Positions 26,282-39,250 of a stretch of DNA of 64,000 nucleotides are shown in pieces. The DNA is from Takakia lepidozioides (taxonomy: Eukaryota > Plantae > Bryophyta), in assembly GCA_030704615.1 (NCBI GenBank), contig CM060734.1, positions 47,120,001-47,184,000 on the forward strand, written 5' to 3'. Position numbers and translations under genes: made by a program. Under the pieces are notes generated by a model. The model was given only the letters and a program-made list of their open reading frames with translations, made no database searches and was not told where the DNA came from. The first letter of the stretch is position 1. Every line of letters begins with the position of its first letter.

Positions 26282-29200
26282 CTCTCCCTGTCCTCTAGGA
26301 AGCCTATTGACATTGGGTGGACTTGAAACGGGAGTACATTAATGTCTCTGTGACTAAATGCCGGCCTTGTGACCTCGTGTCCTTGTTTGTTTCGACCTGA
26401 AGCGCTTTGCTTCAGGTAAGGTAGTGCATTGGATTTAGTTGGAAAGCTTGGGGCCTTTCCCTCTTTAGAATATGCCTACACGGGCCATTCCCTGCAACTC
26501 CCTGGAGTGTGATCTCTGAATGGTAACAAGCGGACTCCTACCGCTTGGGGGCAGCCCCTCCGCCCAAATTGGGCAGTCGTATGCTCTGTCTAGCATACTC
26601 GGCACTTGGGCTCGGGTTGGTTCCTGTGCTTAAACTTATGGCCTGCGAAAACAATCAAAAATTTAGCTCCTATCAACATCAACACTCCTCAGGGTGATCC
26701 CTGGGAATTGGTTACTTATGCCAAATCTAGGGCTTCATGTGTAGTTTTTGGGGTGAATCCCAGGATGGACGATGTGTCCTTTAAAACTACATGCTCTAGC
26801 TTAGGCTTGGATTTCATGGCTAATGGTACCATCTCGAGACTTGATAACAGGGGTACGTTGAAGGTTGCAATGACCAAAAGTGCTTCTAATAGAGTCCTGC
26901 ATCAATTCAATCTCAAAGAAGTTCATCCCTTGACTGGCTGGAGAGCGGTCTTAGACATTGGTGATTCAATGGGGCGCTCTAGGAAGACAACCAAGGGCAA
27001 CAACTTCAACTTGAGAGTTTCTAATCGGTTTGACGCTCTGGATGAGGTTGAATCCAAACAGCCAGAAGGACAAGATGCCCCTAAGTGTACGGAACCTGAA
27101 TGTCCTGAATCTGAAGGATTTGGTACTCTGAATGGTTTACCAATCCTCAAGGTTTACACAAGACGAACAAATTCTATACACGGGGTAATTGTCCCCAAGC
27201 CGTCAGATGGACAATCTGTCTCTAAGTGTGCAGAGCCTGAAGGATTTGGTACTCTAAATGGTTTACCAATCCTCAAAGTCTACACAAGACGAGCAAAATC
27301 TATACACGGGGTAATAGTCCCCAAGCAGTCCGACGGACAATCTGCCCCTACGTGTGCGGAGCCTGTGCGTCGTGTAACTGAAAGATTTGGTACCCTGAAT
27401 GGTTTACCAATTCTCAAAGTTTACACAAGACGAGCAAAATCTACACATGGGGTAACTGTCCCCCCTTTGCAGAACGGTTGGCCGTCCAGGAGCAATCACA
27501 AGCTACCTAGACGACAAACAATTCACACGCAAAGGGCTGGCTTGCAGCTGGCCACTTTCAACTTCTCAGGGTTGACCAACCAAAGGAAACAACTTGAAGT
27601 GGGACAAGTTCTTCGGACTAATGATATTCATATCTGTGCTGGGCAAGAAACATGGGAAACGTCGGATAAACTGGTTGGAGATGTCATTGGTTATAAATGG
27701 GCAGGTAAGATGTGTACTCTCAAGGCAGCCTCTGCCAAACGCGGTCAAAAAGGGGTCGGATTCTTTGTCCGTGATTTCTTGTTTGACAATTGTGAAATTA
27801 TCAACAAGGGTTTGAGGTACGAGCATAGTATCTGGCTAAAACTGAATTTGAAGGGCGGCATTAGTACAAAGGACCTCTTTGTTGGTTGTGTTTACATGCC
27901 CACAGAGGGGACCCTTAGTGCTGATGCAGACAAGGCCTTCGAAGATGTAAAGCTGGACTGTGCTTCGTTCCTTGCCAAAGGTCAGGTGGTACTATTGGGG
28001 GACTTCAATGCCTGGAGGGCAAAGGGATCCATCAGGACGATATCATTGGACCTTTTGGTGAGGACGAGCTGAATTCTAATGGCAGACGGTTAATTAACTG
28101 TCTAGAAGAGCTTCAGCTTTTGACCTTGAATAACAGGACAAGAGGTGACCAAGTGCAGTGGACTCGTGAGAAACCCCAAACTGGGGAACGTTCCATTGTG
28201 GACTATATCATAATGGACAAAATTTTGTTCCCCCAGTGTGCCAATGTGTTGATCGACAGAACTGATATTGGTACCTCTGACCACTTCCTGGTTTGGACTG
28301 AGATCAAAAGGTGTTTTCCCACCACCAAGAGATCTGTGAAACGTTCGATTCGGAAGTGGCGCATAGAAAAATTCCACAATGAGGAGGTCAAGGCTGAGTA
28401 CGTCCAGGCCTTGCAAGAGGCACTCCCTCATTTTGTCCAATCGCTCCAAGAACTTCAGTTAACGCAAGAAATGAAGTCGAAAGAGCAGTGGACTCTTGGG
28501 AGAGTTTCGTTTCCTCCGTGGCTGACAAGATCATTGGGAGGAAACTAGTTGTCTGCGGTAGAGCAGTTAATTGGTGGACTAATGAGATTAAACTCAAGAT
28601 AGCTGAGAGACGAGCCCTCTATAAAGAGTGCTGCAATTTGGAAACCAACAGAGAATTGTGGGCGAGGTACTACCAGCTCCGTAAAGATATCAATCAGCTT
28701 GTTAGGTCTCAGAAGAAATTATACTGGGACAAGTTATACAGTGAAATAAACTCAAACCACCATGGTGGTAATGACAAGAAATTCTGGTTGGCCCTTCAAC
28801 GTTTGTACAAACCGAAAAACGGTCAGCAAGTACAAGCGCTGAAGACTACTAAAGGTGCAGTGGTGACTTCATCGGTTGACATTGTCAAAACCTTTGAAAC
28901 TCACTACAGTACCTTGGCAGAACTTCTAGGTCTAACAGTGAGGGGTCTTCTGCTGAATGGAGGGACACAGTTGGAAAAACTGTTCCTATGATTCAAAACA
29001 GCCCTGATGAACTGGAGTATATTTCAATGGCTTATAATGCTCCCATTAGTTCTTCTGAGATTGTGGAAGCAATTGAACATTTAAATGGATATAAAGCTGG
29101 TGGACCTGATGGTATTGTCAACGAGCTTATCAAGCACGGTGGCGATCCCATGATAGAGGCCCTAGTTCTCCTCTTTAACCTTATCTGGAAGACTGAAATG

Positions 29201-31118
29201 ATCCCCTTTCGCTGGCGACAGGGGGTCATTGTCAATCTATACAAGAAGGGTGACAGAGAAGAACCGGGGAACTACCGTGGCATCACGCTCCTCAATGCTG
29301 TTGGCAAGACATTCTGCAGAGTTATAAGTACTCGTCTCGAGGTTGATCTGGAGTCCAGAGGTTGTTTCCACGAAGGCCAAGCTGGCTTTCGGCGAAACAG
29401 GGGCTGTGTGGATCATATCTTCACTCTCAGCCAGATTATCCAGGGAAGGAAAAAAGGAGGGAAACCCACTTATGTCTTTTTCCTGGATGTCAAAAAGGCT
29501 TATGACACAGTGTGGAGGATGGCCTATGGTTCCGCCTCTGGTCTTGTGGGATCAAGGGAAAGATGTGGAGAGTTGTCCACAACTTGTATGCTCACACCAA
29601 AAGCTGTGTCACTGTTAACGGACAGAAGTCCAACTTCTTTGACATAGACCAAGGTGTAGCTCAAGGATGTACTCTCTCCCCTCTGCTCTTCAATGTTTTC
29701 ATCAATCAACTCCTCGAGGATGTGGAAAGTGAGGGATTTGGGTTAAGGGTGGTGATACCACCATACCAGCCCTTATGTTTGCGGATGACTTCGCAGGCAT
29801 AGGGGAGACTCCAACCAATCTCCAGGAGTTGATTGATTGCGCGAAGAGATACTTTGATCTTTGGGGGCTAGAGGCTAATGTCAGCAAATGTGCAGTGGTA
29901 GCATTCAACGACAGAGGAGAGGGAGGAAGTGATCTTAAGTGGCAGTGGGGTAGCCCGGTCCTCCCTTCCTACACTTACCTGGGCGTTGAGTTCTCCTCCA
30001 ATTGTAATTGGGATGCACATATCCGAAAAGTTGTTCAAACTGGCAAGGGCAAAGCTCTGGGGCTCACTAAATTTTTCCACTGCAGAGGGGTCAACTCTGA
30101 GGTTAAGAAAACCATGCTTTGTCGCGTTATTAGACCTGCCTTGGAGTACGGATCTGCTATATGGGTTGATAACTCCAACCAGGCTAAGTCTCTAGAATCC
30201 ATTCAAGTGGGGGTGCTTAAGGAGTGTATGTCAGCATGCTCCAAAACAGCCAATGTGGCTGTTCGGGGTGAGTTTGGCATTCCGTCCTTAAGCTCCCGAC
30301 GAGATGAATTCAAGGTCAGATGGTGGGGTCAGCTGCAACATATGCCCAACACCAGATATCCTAAATTAATCGACTCTATATCTTGGAAACAGGACCGCCC
30401 TGTCAAACAGGCTAAGTCCTGGCAGAAGAGAGTAGAAGAGATCCTCAAGGACCTGGACCTGGATCCGCAAGTCTTGACCCTGCTGGATAAATCTGACTTA
30501 GAGGCTGTAGTGTCCTCAGCCATGTCTGTTGCCATGAGATTGTCTGATGAAAATGAAGTTAGGCAGAAAACTTCCCTGAACTTGTTTCCAGTCTGTGACA
30601 TGGGGGAGGACATCTTGGATGACCTCAAGGGTCTACCCACTCTCGGCACTAGACTGAAATTTAAACTCAGGGCAGGAAGCCTACCTTTGAACAGCAAACA
30701 GAAGCAGAGAGGAAAGGGAGAGTGCAATTGCCCGTTGTGTGGGCAATCTGAAGACAGTATTCATTTTCTGATACACTGTCCGGGGTTCTCTCACCAAAGA
30801 GACGCTCTCTTCAAATCTATTAAGGGAATTGTGCCTGTACCCCTGTTTACCAACTTTGAAAGTCTCGAGGCTGAGCCAAAAGCCCAGGCCCTCCTGAGGC
30901 CTAGTTTTTGGGCAAATCACACACAGCAGATTGATGCTTGTGTGAAGGGATTTCTAGAGGATATCTGGAAAACCCGGATTAATTCTTTATATGGAGGTAA
31001 GTCTTACTACCAACGTCAGCCCCTGACAGAGGTAGGTTCTGTCCCTTTTGTTCCCGCTCAAACTGGGCGCGGGGTCAATGGCCACAAGGCTACGGCAAAC
31101 AACGTCTTATGAGTACAA
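26282..31118 (+). mobile_element. Full-length APE-RT non-LTR retrotransposon (RTE/RTEX-like), copy C
   Basis: 14-bp TSD TCTCTCTGTCTCGA at 26268-26281 and 31119-31132. One long frameshifted ORF: N-terminal region; endonuclease (ATFN, GQETW, LLGDFNA, SDH); RT ([35 protein letters not shown]); CPLC..H..HC finger. No poly(A); ends ATGAGTACAA. Confidence 0.93.
27085..27465 (+). repeat. Three ~41-aa in-frame repeats in the LINE N-terminus
   Basis: (EG/ER)FGTLNGLPILKVYTRR..S(I/T)HGV.VP occurs three times in ORF 26606..28072. Confidence 0.9.
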
Positions 31119-33094
31119 TCTCTCTGTCTCGATACCACAGGTTCATCTACTCAGAGTTATACTCAGGCAGGACTTCCTGGATTGCAACTAGCAAATGCTA
31201 AAGCACAGTCAATATTTATTTGCAATGATGGCTCACACCCCAAAACTTGCCTTCGTTCATGACAAACTTTGTAGCCCAAGATGCAGTCCTTTCAAAATTT
31301 GCCCTGTTTGGCAGCACAATGACCAACTGATACATTTATCTTGCTTACGTTGGAAAATCAAAACTGAAGAAGTGGGTCAGGCAGAGAGATGACAAAGTGA
31401 CAACTTGCCTGTCAAATACCTTGCCAGAAGGTACCATGGCTACATAGTTGGCTGCAACCTGTCATCAAGCAGTGAACCCAACCCGGAGACAGCACTATCA
31501 GTGTCATTCAATACCTTAAATTAACCACTATTCCTGCTAAAGATTATGTCCACTGCTATCTGAAAAACTGTGTACATATAGCAACATGCGTTTCACTGGG
31601 ATCAGTGCACTTAGCAAAAAAGAGAGCAAATGTATGCCTCATACTGCTCCCCTGAAAACCAACAGGAGGGGTTGGTCCACTACCAACCGCAATGTCTTTG
31701 TATTGTAGGCCCGGAAATCGTAGAGCCAATGACGGAACACAATTTGCAAATGTGGACACCAGTACGCTCCGGCTTACACTTTCAAGCTCCTTCTCGCAGT
31801 CAGAGCCACACAATTTCGGTGCCTCTACTGCTTGCAAACCAGCTCCTTCACCCACCATATTGCAGCCACGACAGTGCTGCAGTCAGCCCCGCCATAGTTA
31901 GGGACAATGCAGGCATTTCCAGAATTTGATGAGGTGGTAAATCTGCACTCAACCAGAATACACAAAGCCTAGACAAACAGACCAGACAGACAAACATAAG
32001 GCCTCTAGATTGCACCATGCCTAACAAGTCTCGCCACTATATCACCACCAATATAAGCTCTTTGCATTACAGCCAACCTGACTTCCCCAAAATAACTCAA
32101 GTTCTTGATTGATGAGGTAAGGTCACCATATGATAACCTAATCAATGCAGGAAAGAAGGTGCTGTACTTTGTCAAAGCTGCAATGCTCCATTGCAGAACT
32201 ACACTGAGCTTTAAAGGTCGTCAAGGCCGGTCCCCCAATGTGTTTTCCTTGCGCGTTGCGCAGTCACTGCTTTCCAATGCCTCTTGAGTAGGAAATGTCA
32301 CATTTCATAATATTCCTAAATGGTATCTTTTCTGAGAAAAATTGACTGTGATCAAGAAAAAACCTGAGGCAAGCTTGCCTTAAGGCTCGCCATAGTAGCT
32401 GATTCTGATAAATCCACACAGAGCTCTGGAACGGTAAATGATTTGATGCTGAATGTAGCACAACAAAGAAAATAAATCTGCACAGACCCCTCTCCTTAGT
32501 GGGTGTGAGAGAAACTTAAGCCCACAGAAGGAACTTCCCTGTGTAATTCCACAGCATCTCCTACATTATCTGACCTATCTGATATTGTCATTGTCGTCGA
32601 CATGATGCAGGAATGCAACTGTCGACGCAGGCGTGCAACGAAAAGTAAAACAAGAGAGAAGGAGCAACGAGCTGCAGTTAAAGAATGAAGAAGAAATTAC
32701 AAAGAGAAGGAACTACGTACAAAGCAGAGAGAAGCAAAAATCAAAGCAAGAGAGAAGGAGCTACAGTTGAAGAAGGAAGATGGAACTACAAAGAGAAGGA
32801 ACTACAAAGATCCCAAAAATCGCACGCCAGTTTAGATTTAGCACTGGGGGTACTGCTAAATTCGTTGTAAACTACACGAAGGATTATTTTAGGATAGATA
32901 GCAATAGTTAGTGCTAAGATATTTAGAGCAGGTCAGTGCAGCCGAAGTTTTCTAGCTAGCAGTAGTTAGTAGTAGCCTAACATCTGTTAGCAGCCCGGTG
33001 CGGGCGGGGCCTTAGGGATCCATCATGCGTTTTATGTGTGCTGAAAAATTCCATAGCACCCAAAACATGATGATGGAGGAAGGCTATTCTTGAA

Positions 33095-34580
33095 TTTTTT
33101 TCTTTTCTTTCTTTCTTTCTTTCTTTTTTTCTTTTTTTTTTGGTTAACAGGGTTTCTTTCTTTTGTCTTTTAACAGGGGACAGTGGCCCTGGAGAACTTT
33201 ATTAATAAAGAAAGGAAAAAATAACCTTACATGTAGCCATGGAGGCAGATGACTGAGGTTCCACTCCGAGCCAGTAACACTTAAGGGGAAGGCACAAAGG
33301 CCATGGAAGGCACTATGTCCTAGGGAGGGAGAAAAGTGGTAAGACAAGAAGGGTAGATCTCAAACTAACAAAGAGAGGGCCAGCCTGCAGCCACTGCAAG
33401 GCACCTCATAAACACTACAGCCTAAAGCGCTGCTAACAGGAGGGTGATCCCAAAAACAAGTGGAAAGGAAACCAAAGCAGAAATAGAAGCTAATCAGCTT
33501 ATGAGCTGGTGCTCTTCTTTTTAGAAGGCTCAAATGAGCTGCGCTTTTGATTTTCCCTTCTTGAGAGACCTTTTCTGATTCCTCCAGCTTATATGAGCTC
33601 CATCTGATCCCTGGGGTGAAGAACGGTTGCTAACCGAGCTCCCAACAGGTTGGGAGACGGGTAGCCCATTCAATTCTTCAATCCGAAATTCTCATGCAGA
33701 ACACTCCCCCTTTTCCCCAGGAGTTGTCGAAGGCAGAGATGAGTTGTTCTGCCTTTCTATCCCAGATCTTGGCAGAGTTGTCACAACGTTCAACCAACAT
33801 TTACGAGCCTCAGACATGAGGTCTGAGTGAGCCAAATGCAACAACTTCTGCAAACAAGGCATAGAATCTTAAAAAACAACAACATCTCATCTTCCAAATG
33901 TGCCACAAAATAGCCTCCCCCCTCAAAGCTTCCCACACTGGGCAAGAGCAAAATTGGCTGCCATTTCTGATGTTCAAGAGCACAGTAGAGGTAGAGTATG
34001 TCAGAGAAGAGTTCCACTAGGCGTAGAGGGTGAAGGCTTTGGTCTACACTGCAGCAACAAAAGGCCATAGAGCCAGGCAATGTTCAATGTCTTCCACGAG
34101 GTTGAGATTGCACGTAAGGCATTTTGAGGGAGGGTCTGCAATAGAAGCACCAACAGGCACAATTATATTAGCAATCTTCAAAAGGAACGCGGAGATCTTA
34201 GCAGGCCTGTGTTTTTTCAGTCTATACATCTTTCCATGAAATCTACTGCTACAAAGAATGGGCCCATTTTTGCTGCCATTTTCTTTGAAAAGACTGTTTG
34301 GGTACCAACAGGGAATACCCAAACTTAACCGTGTAGGAAAAAAAGTGGTCGTGCTTCTTTTTCATCCAAAACCACTCGTCCGGTTCAAATTGAAGCAACC
34401 TGATCGGTTCTGAAAGGAACCAAATGAAGGATCTGCAATAATGTTGCAGTTCTTCAAGGGGTATAGGATTAATTTTACCCGCTGAAGTGCAAAGACTCAT
34501 GTGTCATAAATGGCAGGCAACGTCTAGGACATAGGCTTGTACAAGAGGTCGTTTGATTGCACATGAAAAGCAACTCCATC
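33095..34580 (-). mobile_element. 5'-truncated L1-like LINE relic (zf-RVT region and A-rich tail)
   Basis: Minus-strand PAKISAFLLKIANIIVPVG..KCLTCN..EDIEHCL..PF resembles the plant L1 C-terminal zinc finger. The T-rich tract at 33095-33141 would be the poly(A) tail. Confidence 0.6.
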
Positions 34581-34589
34581 GAAGCGATC

Positions 34590-37500
34590 GCGAAGAGAAG
34601 TTGACCACAAGATAGAGGTGGTGTCGGGATCGGAGCCGCCTGCCAAGGCGCCTTACCGGTTGAGCCACAGAGAGTTGGTTGAGCTGAAGGCCTAGCTCAA
34701 GGATCTAATGACAAAGGGGTACATCCGGCCGAGTAAGTCACCTTACGGAGCCCCGGTACTATTCGCAGATAAGAAAGATGGGACGCTATGGATGTGTGTC
34801 GATTACAGGGCTCTGAATAAGGTGACTATCAAAAACCGGTACCCTTTGCCAAGGATCGACGACCTCTTTGATCGGTTGGCAGGAGCAAAGTATTTCAGCC
34901 GGATCGATTTACGCTCAGGCTACCACCAAAGCCAGATAGCGGAAGGAGATGAGCAAAAGACAGCATGCAGGACAAAGTATGGTTCGTACGAAATTTGGCT
35001 GATGCCTTTTGGGCTCACCAACGCACCATCAACCTTTAGCACCTTATGAACTGCCTCTTTCAGGAGTGGTTGGATGACTTTGTGATCGTGTACATTGATG
35101 ACATTATGGTGTACTAAAAAATGAAGGACCTGGAGCACCTCCAAAGGGTGTTCCAGAAATTGCGGGAAGGGAAGCTATATGCCAAGCTTCAAAATGCGAA
35201 TTCGGGGTCACGAAAGTGGAGTTCCTAGGGCATATGATTATACAGGATGGGATCAAAATGGATGAAAGAAAGGTGAGGGCGATCTTGGACTGGGAACCTC
35301 CGACTTTGGTCTCGGGAGTGCGATTATTTTTGGGACTCGCCTCCTACTACCAAAAGTATGTGAGAAATTTCGCCAAGATCGCGAGGCCGCTGTCAGATCT
35401 TTTGTGTAAGTCCAAGGTATGGGTATGGAACACTTTTTGTGGCCAAGCTTTTTCTGAGTTGAAGCAGCGGATGGCGAAAGCTCCGGTCTTGAAAATCTCG
35501 GAGTTCGACCGTCCATTTGAGATTCACACGGATGCGTCGGACTTCGTCGTTGGGGGTGTACTGATGCAGGATGGACGTCTAGTGGCTTACGAGAATAAAA
35601 AACTGAATGAAGTTGAGCAACGGTGGCCTACGCATGAGAAAGAAATGAAAGCGGTGGTGCACTGCCTTGAGCTTTGGCGCCACTATGTTGGTTCCAACCC
35701 GGTGAAGGTGTTCACGGACAATGTCACGGTGAAGTATTTTGCCACACAGCCTAAGTTGTCCCCAAAACAAATTAGGTGGCAAGACACTTTGGCAGTGTTC
35801 GACGTGGATATCCAGTACAAACCGGGACAAGACAATGTGGTGGCCGATGCTCTGAGTAGAAACTAACAGCTCATGTTGGTGTACAAGGGCGAGATGGAGT
35901 TGCAAAAGAAAATTCGGAAGGCCTATCGGAAGGATGAGTTCGCGAGGTCGATATTGCGGGACTTGAGGCTGGGGGTTAAGTCACAGTTCCACTTGCATAA
36001 AGGACTATTCTGGTACAAGAAAAAGCGCCTCTACGTGCCGAAGGGAGGGCTCAGAGATGGTCTTTGAAGAGAATGCCATGATGACCTACTCGCGGGCCAC
36101 GGCGGAGCCAAGCGCACCGCGACACTCTTGAAAAAAGAGTATTTTTGGCCCAAACTAAGGGAGGAGGCCGAGGAGTATGTCAAGACATGCACCACATGCC
36201 AGCAAAACCGGAGCGAATACAAAAAGCAAGCGGGCTTGTTACAACCTTTGCCGATTCCAGAGGGGTCTTGGGAAAGTGTCTCGATGGATTTCATGACTGC
36301 TTTGCCGCTGTCAAAAGGATTCGATGCAATCATGGTGGTGGTGGAAAGGTTCAGTAAAATGGGCCATTTCATCCCCACCAAGGAGACGGCAACGGCACAG
36401 GAGACGGGATGACTTTACTTCGCCCACATCTTCAAGCATCATAGACTCCCAAAGGATATTGTCTCGGACCGCGATCCAAAGTTTACAAGTAAATTTTGGA
36501 GGGCACTTTGGAAGAAGATGGGGACAAGGCTCAAGATGAGCACGGCCTTCCAAACTACGATGGACGGCCAAACGGAAAGAGTAAACTCCGTGGTGAAGCA
36601 ACTTTTGAGGAATTATGTGTCGGCAGACCAGTCGGACTGGGTGGAGCACTTGGATGCGGCAGAGTTCTGTTATAATAACACAGTATACTCCGCAACGGGG
36701 GCTTCCCCTTTCGTATTGGTTTATGGAAAAGCACCTCTAGTGCCCACGAGTTGGGCTGCCTAGGACAGTGAGGAGCCGGCAGCAACGGCGGTGTTGAAAG
36801 AATGCGAGCGCTTGTTGGAGCTCGCAAAGTACAACATTGCCAAAGCTAGGAAACGCTACGAGCGGCAGGCGAATCGGAAGCGGAGGGAAGTTAAGTTTGA
36901 GGCAGGCACGGAGGTCTGGTTGACATCAAGAATTTTTGACTACCACCGGAAGTGAGTCCGAAGTTCGTACCTCTGTATGCGGGGCATTTTCGCATCCGGA
37001 AGGTTATGAATGAGGATGTTTATGAGTTGGAGCTGCCGGCAGACAGCAAGGTGCATCCGGTATTCCACGTTTCCCTTTTCAAGCCTTACTTCAAAGATGA
37101 AGCGCGTCTGAATCGGCATCAAGTGTTGCGTCCGCCACCTGTGCCAGCTCTGGAATCCGATTGCAAAAACTTGTGTTGTACAAATTTTGTTTATAAATGA
37201 AATGGTTTCCAAATATTGTGCTTCCTATTTTGTTTGGAATGGTGATGCATGGTATGGTTGGCTAGTGTGTAGAATGCATGCTAGCTTACAAAAGTGGGAG
37301 AGGTAAATTGGATTAATCGTGTGTTTGCGGAGCGCCAAAATCGGGTGACTCTCATCCGACGGGCAAGGAAACTTGCGCCTTCTTTGGGAGTTCATGTGCT
37401 AGTGCGCACCTGGCGCGTGCGCGTACTATAACTGCACTACCGAGGGGGTTGTCTTGTAGTGCGGGCTAACGCGGAAGCTACGTGCTTCTGTTCACGTACT

Positions 37501-38726
37501 ATAATTATGTAGCCTCGGCATGAAGTCGTAGTGCAGCTTCGGCGTGTTCCCGTACCTCAGGCCAGCATTCCAAGGCGGACCCAGTTGTAGTGATTGGGGC
37601 GCACGGTTGGTTCAAGGTTATCTTCCTAGTCAAAAAATGTTCAAAGTGAACCCTTGCTCAAGATGATGCCAAAAAGCGGCATCATGAGCGGTCGCAAGCA
37701 ATGTTGTGGCAGTAAGGCGATTCGATCCTCGGGGAGGATCGTTCCTTGGCCTTGAAGTGGGCCAAGAAGAGTGCACTAGGTGGAGCTTGAGAGGCTCCAC
37801 CCTTGGCCGGGACTTGGAGGAAGTCGGCTGAACTAGCTAGTGGAGAGTAGAGTCAAGTGGGGGTTTGTTTCTTTGCCATGGGACGCCATGGGACGGAAAC
37901 AAACTCCTTGATGTGGGATGCCACAACTTGGATGTTAGTTTCCACGAAAAGGGACAACTAGTCAATGAGGACATCGACTCCCCGTTGGTAGGGGTGTGTG
38001 TCGCGGCCTTTTGCCTTGAGGGCGAGGGGTCAAGATACAAGAGGGGCTGCCCCTATGGTGGGGGCAACGGCAACAAATCGAGATAGGGGCTGAAGCACCT
38101 TTGAGTGCCGAAGGCACTCAAAGAGGCGGAGGCGATCACTAGGTGGAGCCCCGCCGACCGGGTTGCGGTAGGGGGCTTCGTGTGGGGTGGTGGTAGTGTA
38201 GGGAGTCGTAGTGGGGGTGGCATAGGACTCACCATGAGGCTGAGGCCTTCATGTGGTGGGAGTCATGGGGAGTCTTGGGACTCACCACGGTCCATTGGGG
38301 CCGTGGTGGGTGGGCCAAGACTCACTGCGGCTCATCACAAGGACAGTCGAGGGTCTAGGTGGTGGTGCACCTGATTTGGATTTGGCTACTTGTGGAACCC
38401 CCGCGGACACCTACAGAAGTATATATAGGGAGTAGTAACCCCGAGAACGGTGCAAACCCGTTGGTGACCAAAAGCTAGTGAATAAGCGTGCGAACCGGAA
38501 AGCGACCAAGGTGTGGGGAGCTATTCCGGACTGCCATCTACCAAAGGGAATTTCCACTAGGCCCAAAGTGGTGGAGGATCTTTTGGAGACGCAAGGGGGA
38601 CCATTATACCCCAGTGAGCAGCCGAAGCTCCGAGTAGGCCCGGTGGCTAGTTTGGGAGTTAGGCGCGCGCATCAAAGCGAGTAACTATGACTTGAAGGGG
38701 AGTTTACCGAAGTGAGGTGCGCGACA
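34590..38726 (+). mobile_element. Ty3/Gypsy chromovirus copy 1: 5'-truncated, degenerate RT-RH-IN and 3' LTR (37999-38726)
   Basis: RT ([14 protein letters not shown]), RNase H (HTDASD) and integrase (SMDF, DGQTER) with stops. LTR bounded by TGTCGC...GCGACA. Same family as 46320-53266. Chromodomain segment deleted near 37140. Confidence 0.92.
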
Positions 38727-39250
38727 TGCCAGTGCAATGTTCATAATGACATTTGGTACAATTCCAGCTTTGATGATATCCCCATGCACCTCTTTGCCCT
38801 TGTCCAGGGCTGCCAGGCTTGCACAAGCATTGAAAATGCACACAGACATGATGTGGCCGAGCATCATTCCTTCCCCATCATTTGATCATAGAACATCAAA
38901 GCCTTCATCCCACGTCCTTGTTGTGCATACCCTACAAGCATTGCATTCCACGACACCACATCTTGTTCAGCCATAGTGTTGAAAACTCCCTTCGCATCCT
39001 CGATGCACCCACATTTTGCATACCCCGAGGGCATTGTTCATAATGGCATTTGGTACAATTCCAGCTCTGACAATGTCACCATGGACCTCTTTGCCCTTTT
39101 CCAGAGCTGCCAGGCTTGGACACGCATTGCAGACGGAAACAGACGTGATGGGGTCGGGCTTCACCCCTTCCCATTTGCTCATAGGTCTCCAAAGCCTCCA
39201 CCCCGCGCCCCTGCTGTGCATATCCTATAATTATTGCACTCCACGATACC
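38727..39250 (-). pseudogene. PLS-type PPR motifs (degenerate)
   Basis: VVSWSAIIIGYAQQGRGVEALETYEQM, VKPDPITSVSVCNAC, KGKEVHGDIIKAGIVPNV, with frameshifts. Confidence 0.85.

Larger units (their letters stand above)
25829..31858 (-). pseudogene. FKBP16-3: Thylakoid FKBP16-3-like peptidyl-prolyl isomerase, probably degenerate, with the LINE in an intron
   Basis: Exon pieces AGLQAVEAPKLCGSDCEKELES, GLQYKDIAVGSGPTPPVGFQ (~31655-31715), VAANYVAMVPSGKVFD (31409-31468) and SLEKGVPYIFGVGAGQ (25829-25877). The VPMVTTES segment and the VIKGLDEG exon were not found. Confidence 0.75.
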
